Positions 10,011 through 18,973 are shown, counted from the first letter of the stretch. The stretch: DNA of 46,385 nt from Alphaproteobacteria bacterium (GCA_047621105.1 JBLHLO010000001.1:1-46385); one strand, 5' to 3'. A program made the numbers and translations. The notes: generated by a model from the letters alone, not told the origin.

Positions 10011-10339
10011 TTTAGTCTCCCAGTTATTGAACGCTTGCAGGTTGATCGACCCTGAAGCGGTAGGAATAGGTTCGATGAACCTTGGTATTCCAAATTCCAA
10101 ATAGCGTCGCACCCACCGGGGCCCGCGCGCGTTTATTATCGTTGTAGTTTGATAAACGCAGATTCTGATGGGCAGAATGACGTCATGTCGTTCCCTGTTG
10201 TTTTATCGTAGGTTTGTCATACGTTTTTATCATGGGCTGAAATCCATTTGATTTTCAGCGCGCTATTAAGGGGATGATGACTCTGCCTACCCGCATTGGT
10301 CAAGGCAGGTGATTCCGTTAAGGCCCAAAGGGAACGGAT

Positions 10340-11254
10340 ATGCGGTTCATGATGATGGGGGCGGGCGGGGTCGGCGGCTATTTTGGCGCCCGGCTGGCCC
10401 AGGCCGGCTTTGAGGTCGGTTTTGTCGCCCGCGGGGAGCACCTAAAAGCAATACAAAACAATGGTTTGAAGGTCCTGAGCCCGCAGGGGGATATGGCCTT
10501 GCCCAAGGTCCAGGTGGCGGCGGATCCGGGGCAACTCGGCCCCACCGATGTGATTTTTGTTGCCGTCAAGCTAACCGATATGGCGGCGGCGCTCACGGCG
10601 CTGGCCCCGGCGGTAGGGCCCGAAACCCTGGTTATTTCCTTGCAGAACGGGGTCGAGGCCGAGGATCTGCTGGCCAATGCTTTTGGCCCGGGGCATGTGG
10701 CCGCGGGCATCGCCTATATCGCGGCGGTGGTTGAGGCCCCGGGGGTGATCCGCCACATCGGCACCAATCAGCGGATCCAGCTGGGGGCGCTCAGCGTCAA
10801 TCCCGGGGCGCCGGTCGGCGATATCGTTCACAATCTCGTGATAGCCGGCATCGATGCCGAAGTGCCTGATGATATGACTTTCGCTCTTTGGCAAAAATTC
10901 GTGTTTTTGGTCGGCCTTGCTGCGACCACCACGGTCACCGGCAAACCTATTGGTGAGATCCGTACCGATGCACATAGCCGCAGATTTTTGTTCGACGTCA
11001 TGAGTGAGGCCGCCGCAGTGGGCCGGGCCCGCGGCGTGCCTCTGCCCGGTGATTTTGCCGAAACCCGTCTCGCCTTCGCCGACAGTTTGCCCGAGGCCAT
11101 GACCTCGTCCATGGCCCATGACCGGGCGGCCGGAAAGGCGTTGGAGTTGGCTTGGCTGTCGGGTGCCGTGGTCCGTTTTGGCCAAGAGGCGGGCGTGCCC
11201 ACCCCGGTCAATAATGCGGTGGTGGCGGCGCTGACCCTCGGTGCTGGCGATTAA
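10340..11254 (+). CDS. 2-dehydropantoate 2-reductase (PanE/ApbA) family oxidoreductase
   Basis: Has an N-terminal Rossmann GAGGVGGYFGARLA motif. The length (304 aa) and C-terminal helical domain are typical of the ketopantoate reductase family. Confidence 0.85.
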   Translation: MRFMMMGAGGVGGYFGARLAQAGFEVGFVARGEHLKAIQNNGLKVLSPQGDMALPKVQVAADPGQLGPTDVIFVAVKLTDMAAALTALAPAVGPETLVISLQNGVEAEDLLANAFGPGHVAAGIAYIAAVVEAPGVIRHIGTNQRIQLGALSVNPGAPVGDIVHNLVIAGIDAEVPDDMTFALWQKFVFLVGLAATTTVTGKPIGEIRTDAHSRRFLFDVMSEAAAVGRARGVPLPGDFAETRLAFADSLPEAMTSSMAHDRAAGKALELAWLSGAVVRFGQEAGVPTPVNNAVVAALTLGAGD

Positions 11255-11365
11255 GTGAGGGCCCCACCCGGTTGCCCTGGCGCCGTCATTTGCGTATATC
11301 AGGGGCGCCCCGGGCTTCTCGGCCCGTTTCAGCACCGCTAGCCAACAGAGCAAGAGGACTTTCCC

Positions 11366-12052
11366 ATGAGCTATGCCGTTCCCGCCGCGCCGGTGGTCAC
11401 GCTTCCCGTTGTCGGGTCCGATGACACTTTCCCCGTGCGCCGCATCTGGTGTGTCGGACGCAATTACGCGGCCCATGCGCGTGAAATGGGCTCCGACCCC
11501 GATCGTGATCCGCCGTTCTTCTTTGCCAAGCCGACCGACGCGATCGTCCAAAACGGTGATCCCATCCCCTATCCGTCGGGAACAAAGAATCTGCACCATG
11601 AGATTGAACTGGTGGTGGCCATCGGCAAGGCAGGGTCAAAAATATCTGAGGCACAGGCGCTTGATCACGTGTTCGGTTATGCGGTCGGCCTCGACATGAC
11701 CCGGCGCGACATCCAGAACGCGGCCAAAGACGCGGGCCGCCCCTGGGAAATGGGCAAGTCTTACGATTACTCCGCGCCCTGTTCGGCGATCCAGCCCGTG
11801 TCCAAGATCGGCCATCCCGACAAGGCCGCGATCTGGCTCAAGGTCAACGGCGAACCCCGGCAATCAAGCGACATCAGCTTCCTGATTTGGAGCGTGGCTG
11901 AAAGCATTGCGCATCTGTCTCAATTGATCGATTTCCATCCGGGCGACCTGATCTATACCGGCACCCCCGAGGGCGTGGCGGCGGTGGTTTCGGGCGACGT
12001 CATGGAAGGTCATATCGACGGCATCGGTGATCTCAAAACGCCGGTGACGTGA
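11366..12052 (+). CDS. Fumarylacetoacetate hydrolase (FAH) family protein
   Basis: The motifs CVGRNYAAHAREMG, FFFAKP, HHEIELVVAIGK, D.T.RD.Q and GDLIYTGTPEGV are FAH-fold metal-binding and catalytic motifs. Confidence 0.88.
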   Translation: MSYAVPAAPVVTLPVVGSDDTFPVRRIWCVGRNYAAHAREMGSDPDRDPPFFFAKPTDAIVQNGDPIPYPSGTKNLHHEIELVVAIGKAGSKISEAQALDHVFGYAVGLDMTRRDIQNAAKDAGRPWEMGKSYDYSAPCSAIQPVSKIGHPDKAAIWLKVNGEPRQSSDISFLIWSVAESIAHLSQLIDFHPGDLIYTGTPEGVAAVVSGDVMEGHIDGIGDLKTPVT

Positions 12053-13302
12053 CGCCCGCCCGTTTGATGGAAAATAACGTTACGACAGAGCGGCCGACTT
12101 TCGTTACCCATCTCGAATGCGGGATGACGGGGGAACATCTGCCCGCCGATACAGTGTGCAACTTGTCATCGTCGGGTAAGCCGCTGTTGGTGCGCTATGA
12201 TCTGGGTGCCGTCAAACAAGCGGTGTCGCGTGGGGACCTTGCTCATCGCGCGCCCGATCTTTGGCGCTACCGGGAGCTCTTGCCGGTGCGACGTGCGGCA
12301 AACATTATCAGCCTGGGCGAAACCATGACGCCGCTGGTGCCCTTGCCGCGCTTGCAAAAGGAACTTGGTTCCGGAGAGATCATCGTCAAGGACGAAGGGC
12401 GCCTGCCGACCGGGTCGTTCAAGGCGCGCGGGCTTGTGCTGGCGGTGTCCATGGCCAAGGAACTGGGCGTGACCAAGATGGCCATGGCGACCAACGGTAA
12501 CGCGGGCGCGGCGCTGGCGGCTTATTGTTCGCGGGCCGGCATTGAAAGCATCGTCTTTTGTCCCGATGACACGCCGGAAGTGAACGTGCGCGAAATTGCG
12601 TTGCAAGGGGCCCGTGTTTACCGCGTCAACGGCTTGATTAATGATTGCGGCAAGATCGTCGTTGATGGCCGTGACAAAGCCGGTTGGTTCGAAGCCAACA
12701 CCTTGAAGGAGCCCTACCGGATCGAGGGCAAAAAAACCATGGGCCTCGAACTGGCCGAGCAATTGGGCTGGGACGTGCCCGATGTGATTATGTATCCGAC
12801 CGGCGGCGGCACCGGTTTGATCGGCATGTGGAAGGCCTTTGCGGAGCTTGAGGCCCTCGGTTGGATTGGGCCCAAGCGCCCGCGCATGGTGGCGGTTCAG
12901 GCCTCGGGTTGCGCGCCCATCGTTAAGGCCTATGAAGACGGGGTCGAACACGCCGATCTATGGACCGGCGCTCATACGGTGGCGGCGGGTATTCGTGTGC
13001 CGGTGGCGATCGGTGATTTTCTGATCCTGCGCGCGGTGCGCGATTCGGGTGGCTTCGCCGTTGCCGTCGATGACGATCTGATCGAAGCGGCGCGGGAAGA
13101 AGTGGCCAAGCGCGAAGGCTTGTTGCTCTGCCCCGAAGGGGCGGCAACCTACGCCGCCTTCAAACAGGAACTGGCCAGTGGGCGCATTGCGAAAGACGAA
13201 CGCGTGGTGCTGTTCAATTGCGGCTCGGGCCTCAAATATCCGATGCCGGCGGCCGAGGCCGCCCTCGATCTCAATCAAAAAATCGATTACGCAGCACTTT
13301 AG
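12049..13302 (+). CDS. thrC: Threonine synthase (short PLP-dependent ThrC type)
   Basis: Contains the PLP-lysine motif PTGSFKARG, plus NGNAGAALAAY and YPTGGGTGLIG. The GTG start overlaps the FAH stop (GTGA). An alternative ATG lies at 12067. Confidence 0.85.
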   Translation: MTPARLMENNVTTERPTFVTHLECGMTGEHLPADTVCNLSSSGKPLLVRYDLGAVKQAVSRGDLAHRAPDLWRYRELLPVRRAANIISLGETMTPLVPLPRLQKELGSGEIIVKDEGRLPTGSFKARGLVLAVSMAKELGVTKMAMATNGNAGAALAAYCSRAGIESIVFCPDDTPEVNVREIALQGARVYRVNGLINDCGKIVVDGRDKAGWFEANTLKEPYRIEGKKTMGLELAEQLGWDVPDVIMYPTGGGTGLIGMWKAFAELEALGWIGPKRPRMVAVQASGCAPIVKAYEDGVEHADLWTGAHTVAAGIRVPVAIGDFLILRAVRDSGGFAVAVDDDLIEAAREEVAKREGLLLCPEGAATYAAFKQELASGRIAKDERVVLFNCGSGLKYPMPAAEAALDLNQKIDYAAL

Positions 13303-13365
13303 GCGTAGGCGCGATCAGATACTAATGCGCGGGAGACCGGCGCATCTGATACAATCAGCGCCATT

Positions 13366-13650
13366 ATGGATAATTTATGGCAATCTGTTCTTTTGCTGAT
13401 CGGCGCTTCAGGTGTGGCCGCATGTCTTATCGGTATTTTTTATTTACTGCGTGCCAAGCCTCATAAAACGGATGATGTCGACTGGGTCACCTTGTTTACG
13501 ATTGATCCTCTCGTATGGAGTGAGTGCTTTCTGTATCTCTACGCGGCAGAAGGCCAGGCACTCGTTCAACGAGGGTGGAAATGGTTTCGGTGTGGATTAA
13601 TCTTGATCGTTGCCGCGCTGCTGATTCAGGTGATGTTTGCAATAGCATAG
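13366..13650 (+). CDS. Hypothetical small membrane protein (two or three hydrophobic segments)
   Basis: A 94-aa ORF in a lower-GC spacer. Hydrophobic stretches are SVLLLIGASGVAACLIGIFYLL and CGLILIVAALLIQVMFAIA. I recognise no family. Confidence 0.45.
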   Translation: MDNLWQSVLLLIGASGVAACLIGIFYLLRAKPHKTDDVDWVTLFTIDPLVWSECFLYLYAAEGQALVQRGWKWFRCGLILIVAALLIQVMFAIA

Positions 13651-13691
13651 GTCGTTTGAAATAGCCGTGAGCTTTTTTGCTCAGCCTTCCG

Positions 13692-14162
13692 TCACTGCGA
13701 CATTTCCCGCGCGGCCCGGCGCACGGCGCGGAACACCCGGGAATGGGCGCCGCAGCGGCAAAGATTGTCTTGCAGCGCGATGCGGATGGCTTCCATGTCG
13801 GGATTGGGATTCTTATCCAGCAACACCTTGGTCGAAATGATGATGCCGGCCGTGCAATAGCCGCATTGTGCCGCCTGTTCGGCAAGGAAGGCTTTCTGGA
13901 TTGGGTGCGGCGCGTCCATGCTGCCGATGCCTTCCAGGGTCGTGATCTCCTTGCCTGCCGCCTGACCCACGGTGAAGGTGCAGGAAAATACTTTCTCGCC
14001 ATCGACAATAATATTGCAGGCGCCGCATTGTTCGGCACCGCAACCGTATTTTGGTGACTTCAAACCGGCGTCATTGCGCAACACGTAGAGTAGCGGCGTA
14101 TCCGCTTCCGCCGTGACTGTTTGGTCGGCACCGTTAATGCGTAGGGTGAAATTCTGACTCAT
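13692..14162 (-). CDS. [2Fe-2S]-binding small subunit of a molybdenum hydroxylase (IorA / aldehyde-oxidase small-subunit type)
   Basis: Cys motifs CGAEQCGACNIIVDG....SC and QCGYCTAG...........CRCGAH mark the two [2Fe-2S] domains. Confidence 0.92.
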   Translation of the reverse strand: MSQNFTLRINGADQTVTAEADTPLLYVLRNDAGLKSPKYGCGAEQCGACNIIVDGEKVFSCTFTVGQAAGKEITTLEGIGSMDAPHPIQKAFLAEQAAQCGYCTAGIIISTKVLLDKNPNPDMEAIRIALQDNLCRCGAHSRVFRAVRRAAREMSQ

Positions 14163-14213
14163 ATGACTTCTCTCTTTTGGCCCTTTGTTTTTGCTGCTTA
14201 CTTAGCTACTCAC

Positions 14214-16394
14214 CTAGCTTCTGCGGGCTTCCTGGATCATGGCTTTGACGCGTTCGGGGGTGAACGGTAATTCGCGCAGGCGCACCCCTGTTGCATTGAA
14301 AACGGCATTGGCGATGGCGGCGGCGGTCGGGCTCTGGCTTGCTTCACCGAGACCGAGGAATTTCTCCCCCGGGCGGTTGAGCACGATGGCTTCGACTTCC
14401 GGCGCTTCGCGGAAACTCAGAATGGGATAGGTTTCCCAATCAACACTGGTGATTTCGCTGGGGGAGAAGCGTACCCGTTCCTTGAGCGTCCAGCTCACCG
14501 ATTGCATCAACCCGCCTTCCAGCTGATTGGCAATATTGTCGGGGGCGATGGCCTCCCCGGCATCCCCGGCGCAAGCCGCGCGGGTGACGCGGATGAGGCC
14601 ACTTTGCTCATTCACCTCGACCTCAACCGCCACGGCGCAATAAGCGGCATTGTTTTTATAGCGCGCGTACGCAATGCCGAGGCCCTTCTTGGCGCCTTCT
14701 TCACCGGCGGGTTGTTGGCCCCAGCCAATGGCTTCGGCGCTGGCTTCAAGCACGGCGCGGGCGCGCGGGTCAGGAAGGTGGGCAAGGCGGAAAGCAACCG
14801 CGTCTTGATCACTGGCATGGGCCAGCTCGTCCATCATTTGTTCGATGGCGAAGACATTGGCATAAGCGCCAAGCCCGCGTAGGGACGAGGTCCGGAACGG
14901 GTGGTGTTTGACAAAATGTTTGGTGATGGCGATCACGCCAAATTCATAACCGGGCCAGGCATTGCGATGTTCGCCCGCTTCCGAACCCTTGGCCGGGCCG
15001 GTCGATTGGGCGGGCAGGCCGCCTTCAATCATGCGAGAGGCCAGCAAGGCCGATTCCTTCGGATGGGATTTGGGCCGGTTGCCATGGTTATTGGACCAGA
15101 TATCGAAGCACCAATCTGCGACTTTGCCGGCCCCATCAAGACTGGCACGCACCTTGACCACCATGGCGGTGCCGAAAGGTTCCCAGCAATGTTCATCCTC
15201 GCGCGTCCATTGCACACGGACCGGCCGTCCGGGCAGCGCGCGGGCCAGCAACGCCGCGTCCAGGGCGACATCGTCGGCGCTGTTGTGGCCGTAACAACCC
15301 GAGCCTTCCATATGGATGCAGCGGATGTCCTCTTCTTCCATATGCAGCACGTTTTTAAGCGCGCGGCGTAGCGGGAACACGCCTTGGCTATGGGTATAGA
15401 CGGTGAGCTTGCTGCCCTCCATTTGTGCTACCGTGCAGGCTGGGCCCATGGCGCCGTGGAGGAGAAAGGGCCGCGCATAAATTGATTCGATGGTCAGGGT
15501 TGCATCCTGGGGCGGGTCATGTTCGACCGGGGGCTCTTCGGTATGATTGCCGTCGATGCAGCCGTTCTCAATGGTGTCCGCGCTGACCAGCCAGTCATAA
15601 ATCAGGTCTTCATTGGGCAGGGGGTCCCCGCCCTCCCAATGGGCGGCGGCATACAGTGCCGCGCGGGCGGTGATCGCCGCCGCTTCGGTCTCGGCAATAA
15701 CGGCCAGAAAACTGCCGTCCTGCACCACTTTGATTACCCCGGGCAGGGCTTCTACGGCGCTGGTGTCGACGGAGGCAAGCGTTGCCCCTTGGTGGCGCGG
15801 GCGGATGATGCGCCCATGGGCCATGTTAGGGAGATCAAGATCATGCACATAGGCGGGCTGGCCGAAAACCTTTGCCGGCAGGTCAAGGCGGTCGACCCGT
15901 GTGCCGACGATGCGATGCGCCTCTGGCGGCTTGGGTGGGAAGGCGGCGGTTGCCTTGCGGTCGAATTTCTGGCCCCCCATCAATTCCCAATAGGTCAGTT
16001 GCTGATTGGTGGCCGGGCTGGTGATGGTCCCGTCATCGACATTCAGGGTGTCTTTATCGACGTTCAGGCGCTCGGCCGCCATGTCGAGCATGATGGCCCG
16101 GCATTCGGCGGCGGCGAAACGCAGCGCGGTGGCTGACATTTCCATGGATTTGCTGCCGGAGGTGACATTCTCATCCGCCGATTCGGCGGTGTCGGCGGTT
16201 TTGATGCGGACGCGGGCCAGGCTGACATCCAGCTCTTCTGCCGCGACCTGGGCAGCGGCGGTCTTAAGCCCCTGACCGATTTCGACCTTGCCGCTGCGCA
16301 CAGTGACGGTGCCTGCGCCCTCGATCCCGATCCATAGGTCGAGATCGGGATTATCGTTGAGACTGCCAGGAAGTTTTTTGGATACTGTTGCCAC
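14214..16394 (-). CDS. Molybdopterin-binding large subunit of a molybdenum hydroxylase (IorB / xanthine-dehydrogenase family), with no signal peptide
   Basis: The 726-aa ORF has a GTG start with GGGGGA upstream. The motif VEIGQGLKTAAAQVAAEELDV and the overall layout match IorB-type subunits. The N-terminus lacks an RR motif. Confidence 0.9.
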   Translation of the reverse strand: MATVSKKLPGSLNDNPDLDLWIGIEGAGTVTVRSGKVEIGQGLKTAAAQVAAEELDVSLARVRIKTADTAESADENVTSGSKSMEMSATALRFAAAECRAIMLDMAAERLNVDKDTLNVDDGTITSPATNQQLTYWELMGGQKFDRKATAAFPPKPPEAHRIVGTRVDRLDLPAKVFGQPAYVHDLDLPNMAHGRIIRPRHQGATLASVDTSAVEALPGVIKVVQDGSFLAVIAETEAAAITARAALYAAAHWEGGDPLPNEDLIYDWLVSADTIENGCIDGNHTEEPPVEHDPPQDATLTIESIYARPFLLHGAMGPACTVAQMEGSKLTVYTHSQGVFPLRRALKNVLHMEEEDIRCIHMEGSGCYGHNSADDVALDAALLARALPGRPVRVQWTREDEHCWEPFGTAMVVKVRASLDGAGKVADWCFDIWSNNHGNRPKSHPKESALLASRMIEGGLPAQSTGPAKGSEAGEHRNAWPGYEFGVIAITKHFVKHHPFRTSSLRGLGAYANVFAIEQMMDELAHASDQDAVAFRLAHLPDPRARAVLEASAEAIGWGQQPAGEEGAKKGLGIAYARYKNNAAYCAVAVEVEVNEQSGLIRVTRAACAGDAGEAIAPDNIANQLEGGLMQSVSWTLKERVRFSPSEITSVDWETYPILSFREAPEVEAIVLNRPGEKFLGLGEASQSPTAAAIANAVFNATGVRLRELPFTPERVKAMIQEARRS

Positions 16395-16543
16395 AGCTGT
16401 CCCCCGAAAATTGCCTAAAGCCGATTGTGAAGGCCATTTGTGCCACCCCCGCCCGGCTTGTCAAGATGGGCGGGGGCTTGTCTTGGGCCCGTTCGGTCGT
16501 ATATTTGTCAGAGGGAAGAATTAAGTTCGAAAGGGAGCCGCAG

Positions 16544-16879
16544 ATGGCCGAAATCGTGCCTGGTGCCGAAGACGATATCCTCGGCGTTGTCAGCAAATGG
16601 AAGGGTGAGGGCCGCGAAGTGGCGCTTGCAACGGTGGTCACTACCTGGGGGTCTTCGCCCCGCCCGGTCGGCAGCCAACTGGCGGTCGATGACAAAGGGA
16701 ATTTTGTGGGATCCGTTTCGGCCGGTTGCGTTGAAAGCGCGGTGGTGGAATCGGCGACCGATGTCATCCGTGACGGCAAACCCAAACTTCTCGATTTTGG
16801 TATCGCCGATGACCAGGCTTGGGAAGTTGGCCTGTCCTGTGGCGGCAAGATTGAAATTTTTGTCGAGAAAGTGACATGA
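16544..16879 (+). CDS. XdhC/CoxI-family maturation factor, N-terminal-domain-only protein
   Basis: Start is at MAEIV (ATG 16544, SD AAGGGAG upstream). The sequence ALATVV.T.GSSPRPVGSQLAV...G.F.GSVS.GCVE is the XdhC_CoxI signature. The stop overlaps the next start (ATGA). Confidence 0.85.
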   Translation: MAEIVPGAEDDILGVVSKWKGEGREVALATVVTTWGSSPRPVGSQLAVDDKGNFVGSVSAGCVESAVVESATDVIRDGKPKLLDFGIADDQAWEVGLSCGGKIEIFVEKVT

Positions 16880-17589
16880 AGTCAGCTCAGCTTGATGCAC
16901 TTTTAGCCGCGCGTGAAGACAAACGTTCACTCGTGCGGCTGACCGATATCGTCAGTGGGGATGAAACCCTGGTGGTCGATGGCAAGGCAGACGGGGATAT
17001 TGCCGTCGAGGGGCCGTTGGCGGCCGCGCTGGAGAGTGCGCTGGCCCAGGAAGAAAGCATCCTTTTCGAAGACGGCGGGCGCCGTATCTTTATTCAGGTG
17101 GTGGCCCCGCCGCTTAGGCTCGCCATTATCGGTGCTGGCCATATCTCACAATATCTCAGCACCATCGCCGGTGAAATTGGCTATGAGGTGACGGTCATTG
17201 ATCCGCGCACAACCTATGCCAGCGCCGTGCGGTTTCCTGGCGCCAAGCTCAACCATGACTGGCCCGATACGGCGCTAGAGGGCTTTGCGCTCGACCGGCG
17301 CTCGGCGGTGGTCACGCTGAGCCATGATCCCAAGCTCGATGAACCGGCGCTGGCGACGGCCCTTAAATCGGACGCGTTTTACATAGGCGCGCTGGGCTCA
17401 CGCAAAACCCAGGCCCAGCGGCGTGACCGGATGAAGGAGCAGGGCCTGACCGATGCCGATCTCGATCGCATTAATGGTCCGGTCGGCCTCGATATTGGGG
17501 CATTGTCGCCGGCCGAAATCGCGGTCTCTATCGTGGCGCAGATGATCGACGTGCTGAGGCCAAAGAAAAAGGGCCTGAAGCCTTCATGA
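16876..17589 (+). CDS. XdhC-family protein carrying the Rossmann-like C-terminal domain
   Basis: RLAIIGAGHISQYLSTIAGEIGYEVTVIDPR, followed by VVTLSHDPKLDEPAL and GALGSRKT, is typical of the XdhC C-terminal domain. Confidence 0.85.
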   Translation: MKSAQLDALLAAREDKRSLVRLTDIVSGDETLVVDGKADGDIAVEGPLAAALESALAQEESILFEDGGRRIFIQVVAPPLRLAIIGAGHISQYLSTIAGEIGYEVTVIDPRTTYASAVRFPGAKLNHDWPDTALEGFALDRRSAVVTLSHDPKLDEPALATALKSDAFYIGALGSRKTQAQRRDRMKEQGLTDADLDRINGPVGLDIGALSPAEIAVSIVAQMIDVLRPKKKGLKPS

Positions 17590-17599
17590 GCGGGCTCTT

Positions 17600-18199
17600 A
17601 TGATCAAACCCCCCGCTATCGCGGCTATCGTGCTGGCAGCCGGGCGTTCGACCCGGGCGGGGGAAATTAATAAGCTGACCGCCCCCCTAGATGGGGTGCC
17701 GATGGCGGCGCGCGCTGTCGATGCGGTGCTGGCGACGGTCGCGCGGCCGGTTATCGTCGTCACCGGCCACCAGGCGTCGGCGGTGCAGGGGGCCCTTGTG
17801 GGCCGCGAGGTATCCTTCGTGCATAACCCGGATTTCGCCGCCGGGATTAATACGTCGATTGCCGCTGGTCTTAAGGCATTGCCCGATGATGTGGCCGGCG
17901 CCTTGATTTGCCTCGGCGATATGCCGTCGCTGACGGCCGTCGCGATCGCCTGTCTGATCGCCGCCTTTGACGAAGACACGGCACCGATCTGCGTGCCGGT
18001 GGCGGGCGGGCGCCGGGGCAATCCGGTGTTGTTTGCCCGCGCCTTATTCCCAGAAATTATGGCTCTTACCGGCGATGCGGGCGCGCGCGCAGTACTGGCT
18101 GCACACCCCGGTATGGTGCGTGAAATCCCCATGTCCGGTGAGGGGACCTTGACCGACCTCGATACCGCGGATGAAATCGACGCCTATAACCGTAAGTAA
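17600..18199 (+). CDS. MobA/MocA-like nucleotidyltransferase (probable molybdenum-cofactor cytidylyltransferase)
   Basis: Has the N-terminal AAIVLAAGRSTRAG motif and the LGDMP motif. Its position next to xdhC and the Mo-hydroxylase genes fits a MocA-type role. Confidence 0.8.
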   Translation: MIKPPAIAAIVLAAGRSTRAGEINKLTAPLDGVPMAARAVDAVLATVARPVIVVTGHQASAVQGALVGREVSFVHNPDFAAGINTSIAAGLKALPDDVAGALICLGDMPSLTAVAIACLIAAFDEDTAPICVPVAGGRRGNPVLFARALFPEIMALTGDAGARAVLAAHPGMVREIPMSGEGTLTDLDTADEIDAYNRK

Positions 18200-18482
18200 A
18201 ATCAACCCTGAAATAGTGCGGGTCGCTCGGTGCTTGACACTCGGGCGAAACGGGTTCGAAATTCGATTTGGCCACGATGAAAACTGAGTGTGTTCGCTTC
18301 GTGCGACATCTCTCGGGAAAGCAAAAATTTTCGGGGCTAAATGGGAGCTTCTTTTTCGTTTGGATTTTGTTCGGTAGTTAAGTAGCACCGCGCTCCTTTG
18401 GGGGCGCTTGATAGCGATGCCGTCATGTGGGTGTCCCAGACCCATATCGCTACCGGACGGATATGTCACAGGGAGGCCAGTC

Positions 18483-18959
18483 ATGGCGAATGCAAAACGC
18501 ATCAGGCTTAACGTCAACGGTAAGCCATACAGCATTACAGCGGATCCGGAGATGCCGCTTCTTTATGCGCTCCGCAACGAAGTTGGTTTGAATAACCCTC
18601 ATTTCGGTTGCGGGCTCGCGCAATGCGGCGCCTGCACCGTTCATGTCAACGGCAAGGCGACGCGCTCCTGTTCGGTGCCGGTCAGTGAGGCCCAGGGCAA
18701 AAAGGTCGTGACCCTGGTCGGTCTCGGTACACCGGAAAAACCCCATCCCGTACAGCAGGCTTTTATCGATGAGCAAGTGCCCCAATGCGGCTATTGCGTC
18801 AACGGTTGGGTCATGACGGCGGCCGAATTGCTGGCTAAAAACCCCAAGGCCAATGACAAGCAAATCCGCGATGGGCTCGCCGGTCTTAAATGCCGCTGCG
18901 GCACCCACGTAGCCATCATCCGGGCGGTCAAGCGCGCCGGCAAAGCCATGGCGTCCTAA
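18483..18959 (+). CDS. [2Fe-2S]-binding small subunit of a second molybdenum hydroxylase
   Basis: I moved the start to MANAKRIRLNVNG (ATG 18483, SD GGGAGG upstream). Cys motifs are CGLAQCGACTVHVNG....SC and QCGYCVNG...........CRCGTH. Confidence 0.92.
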   Translation: MANAKRIRLNVNGKPYSITADPEMPLLYALRNEVGLNNPHFGCGLAQCGACTVHVNGKATRSCSVPVSEAQGKKVVTLVGLGTPEKPHPVQQAFIDEQVPQCGYCVNGWVMTAAELLAKNPKANDKQIRDGLAGLKCRCGTHVAIIRAVKRAGKAMAS

Positions 18960-18973
18960 GGGAGGGCAAGACG

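Noticed and set aside
10571-11599. A 342-aa minus-strand ORF antisense to the PanE-family and FAH-family genes. The same judgement applies to similar long antisense ORFs at 4853-5659, 8722-9624, 12166-12951 and 45004-45714.
   Set aside because: All overlap confidently identified genes on the other strand. All have the Arg/Pro/Gly-rich composition typical of antisense frames in high-GC genomes.
18245-18270. A tRNA T-loop-like string (GGGTTCGAAATTC) in the 18.2-kb spacer. A similar string, GATTCGAACC, occurs at about 4810.
   Set aside because: No acceptor, D or anticodon stems can be drawn around either one. The second lies inside the asparaginase coding sequence.
18200-18482. A Moco riboswitch upstream of the second Mo-hydroxylase operon.
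   Set aside because: The context is attractive, but I could not match the spacer to the Moco RNA motif from memory. I have kept it only as 'structured leader, needs a covariance-model scan'.
18044-18535. A 163-aa minus-strand ORF covering the mocA to small-subunit spacer.
   Set aside because: It overlaps both flanking genes in antisense, lacks an SD and has no family resemblance. I treat the spacer as a non-coding leader instead.
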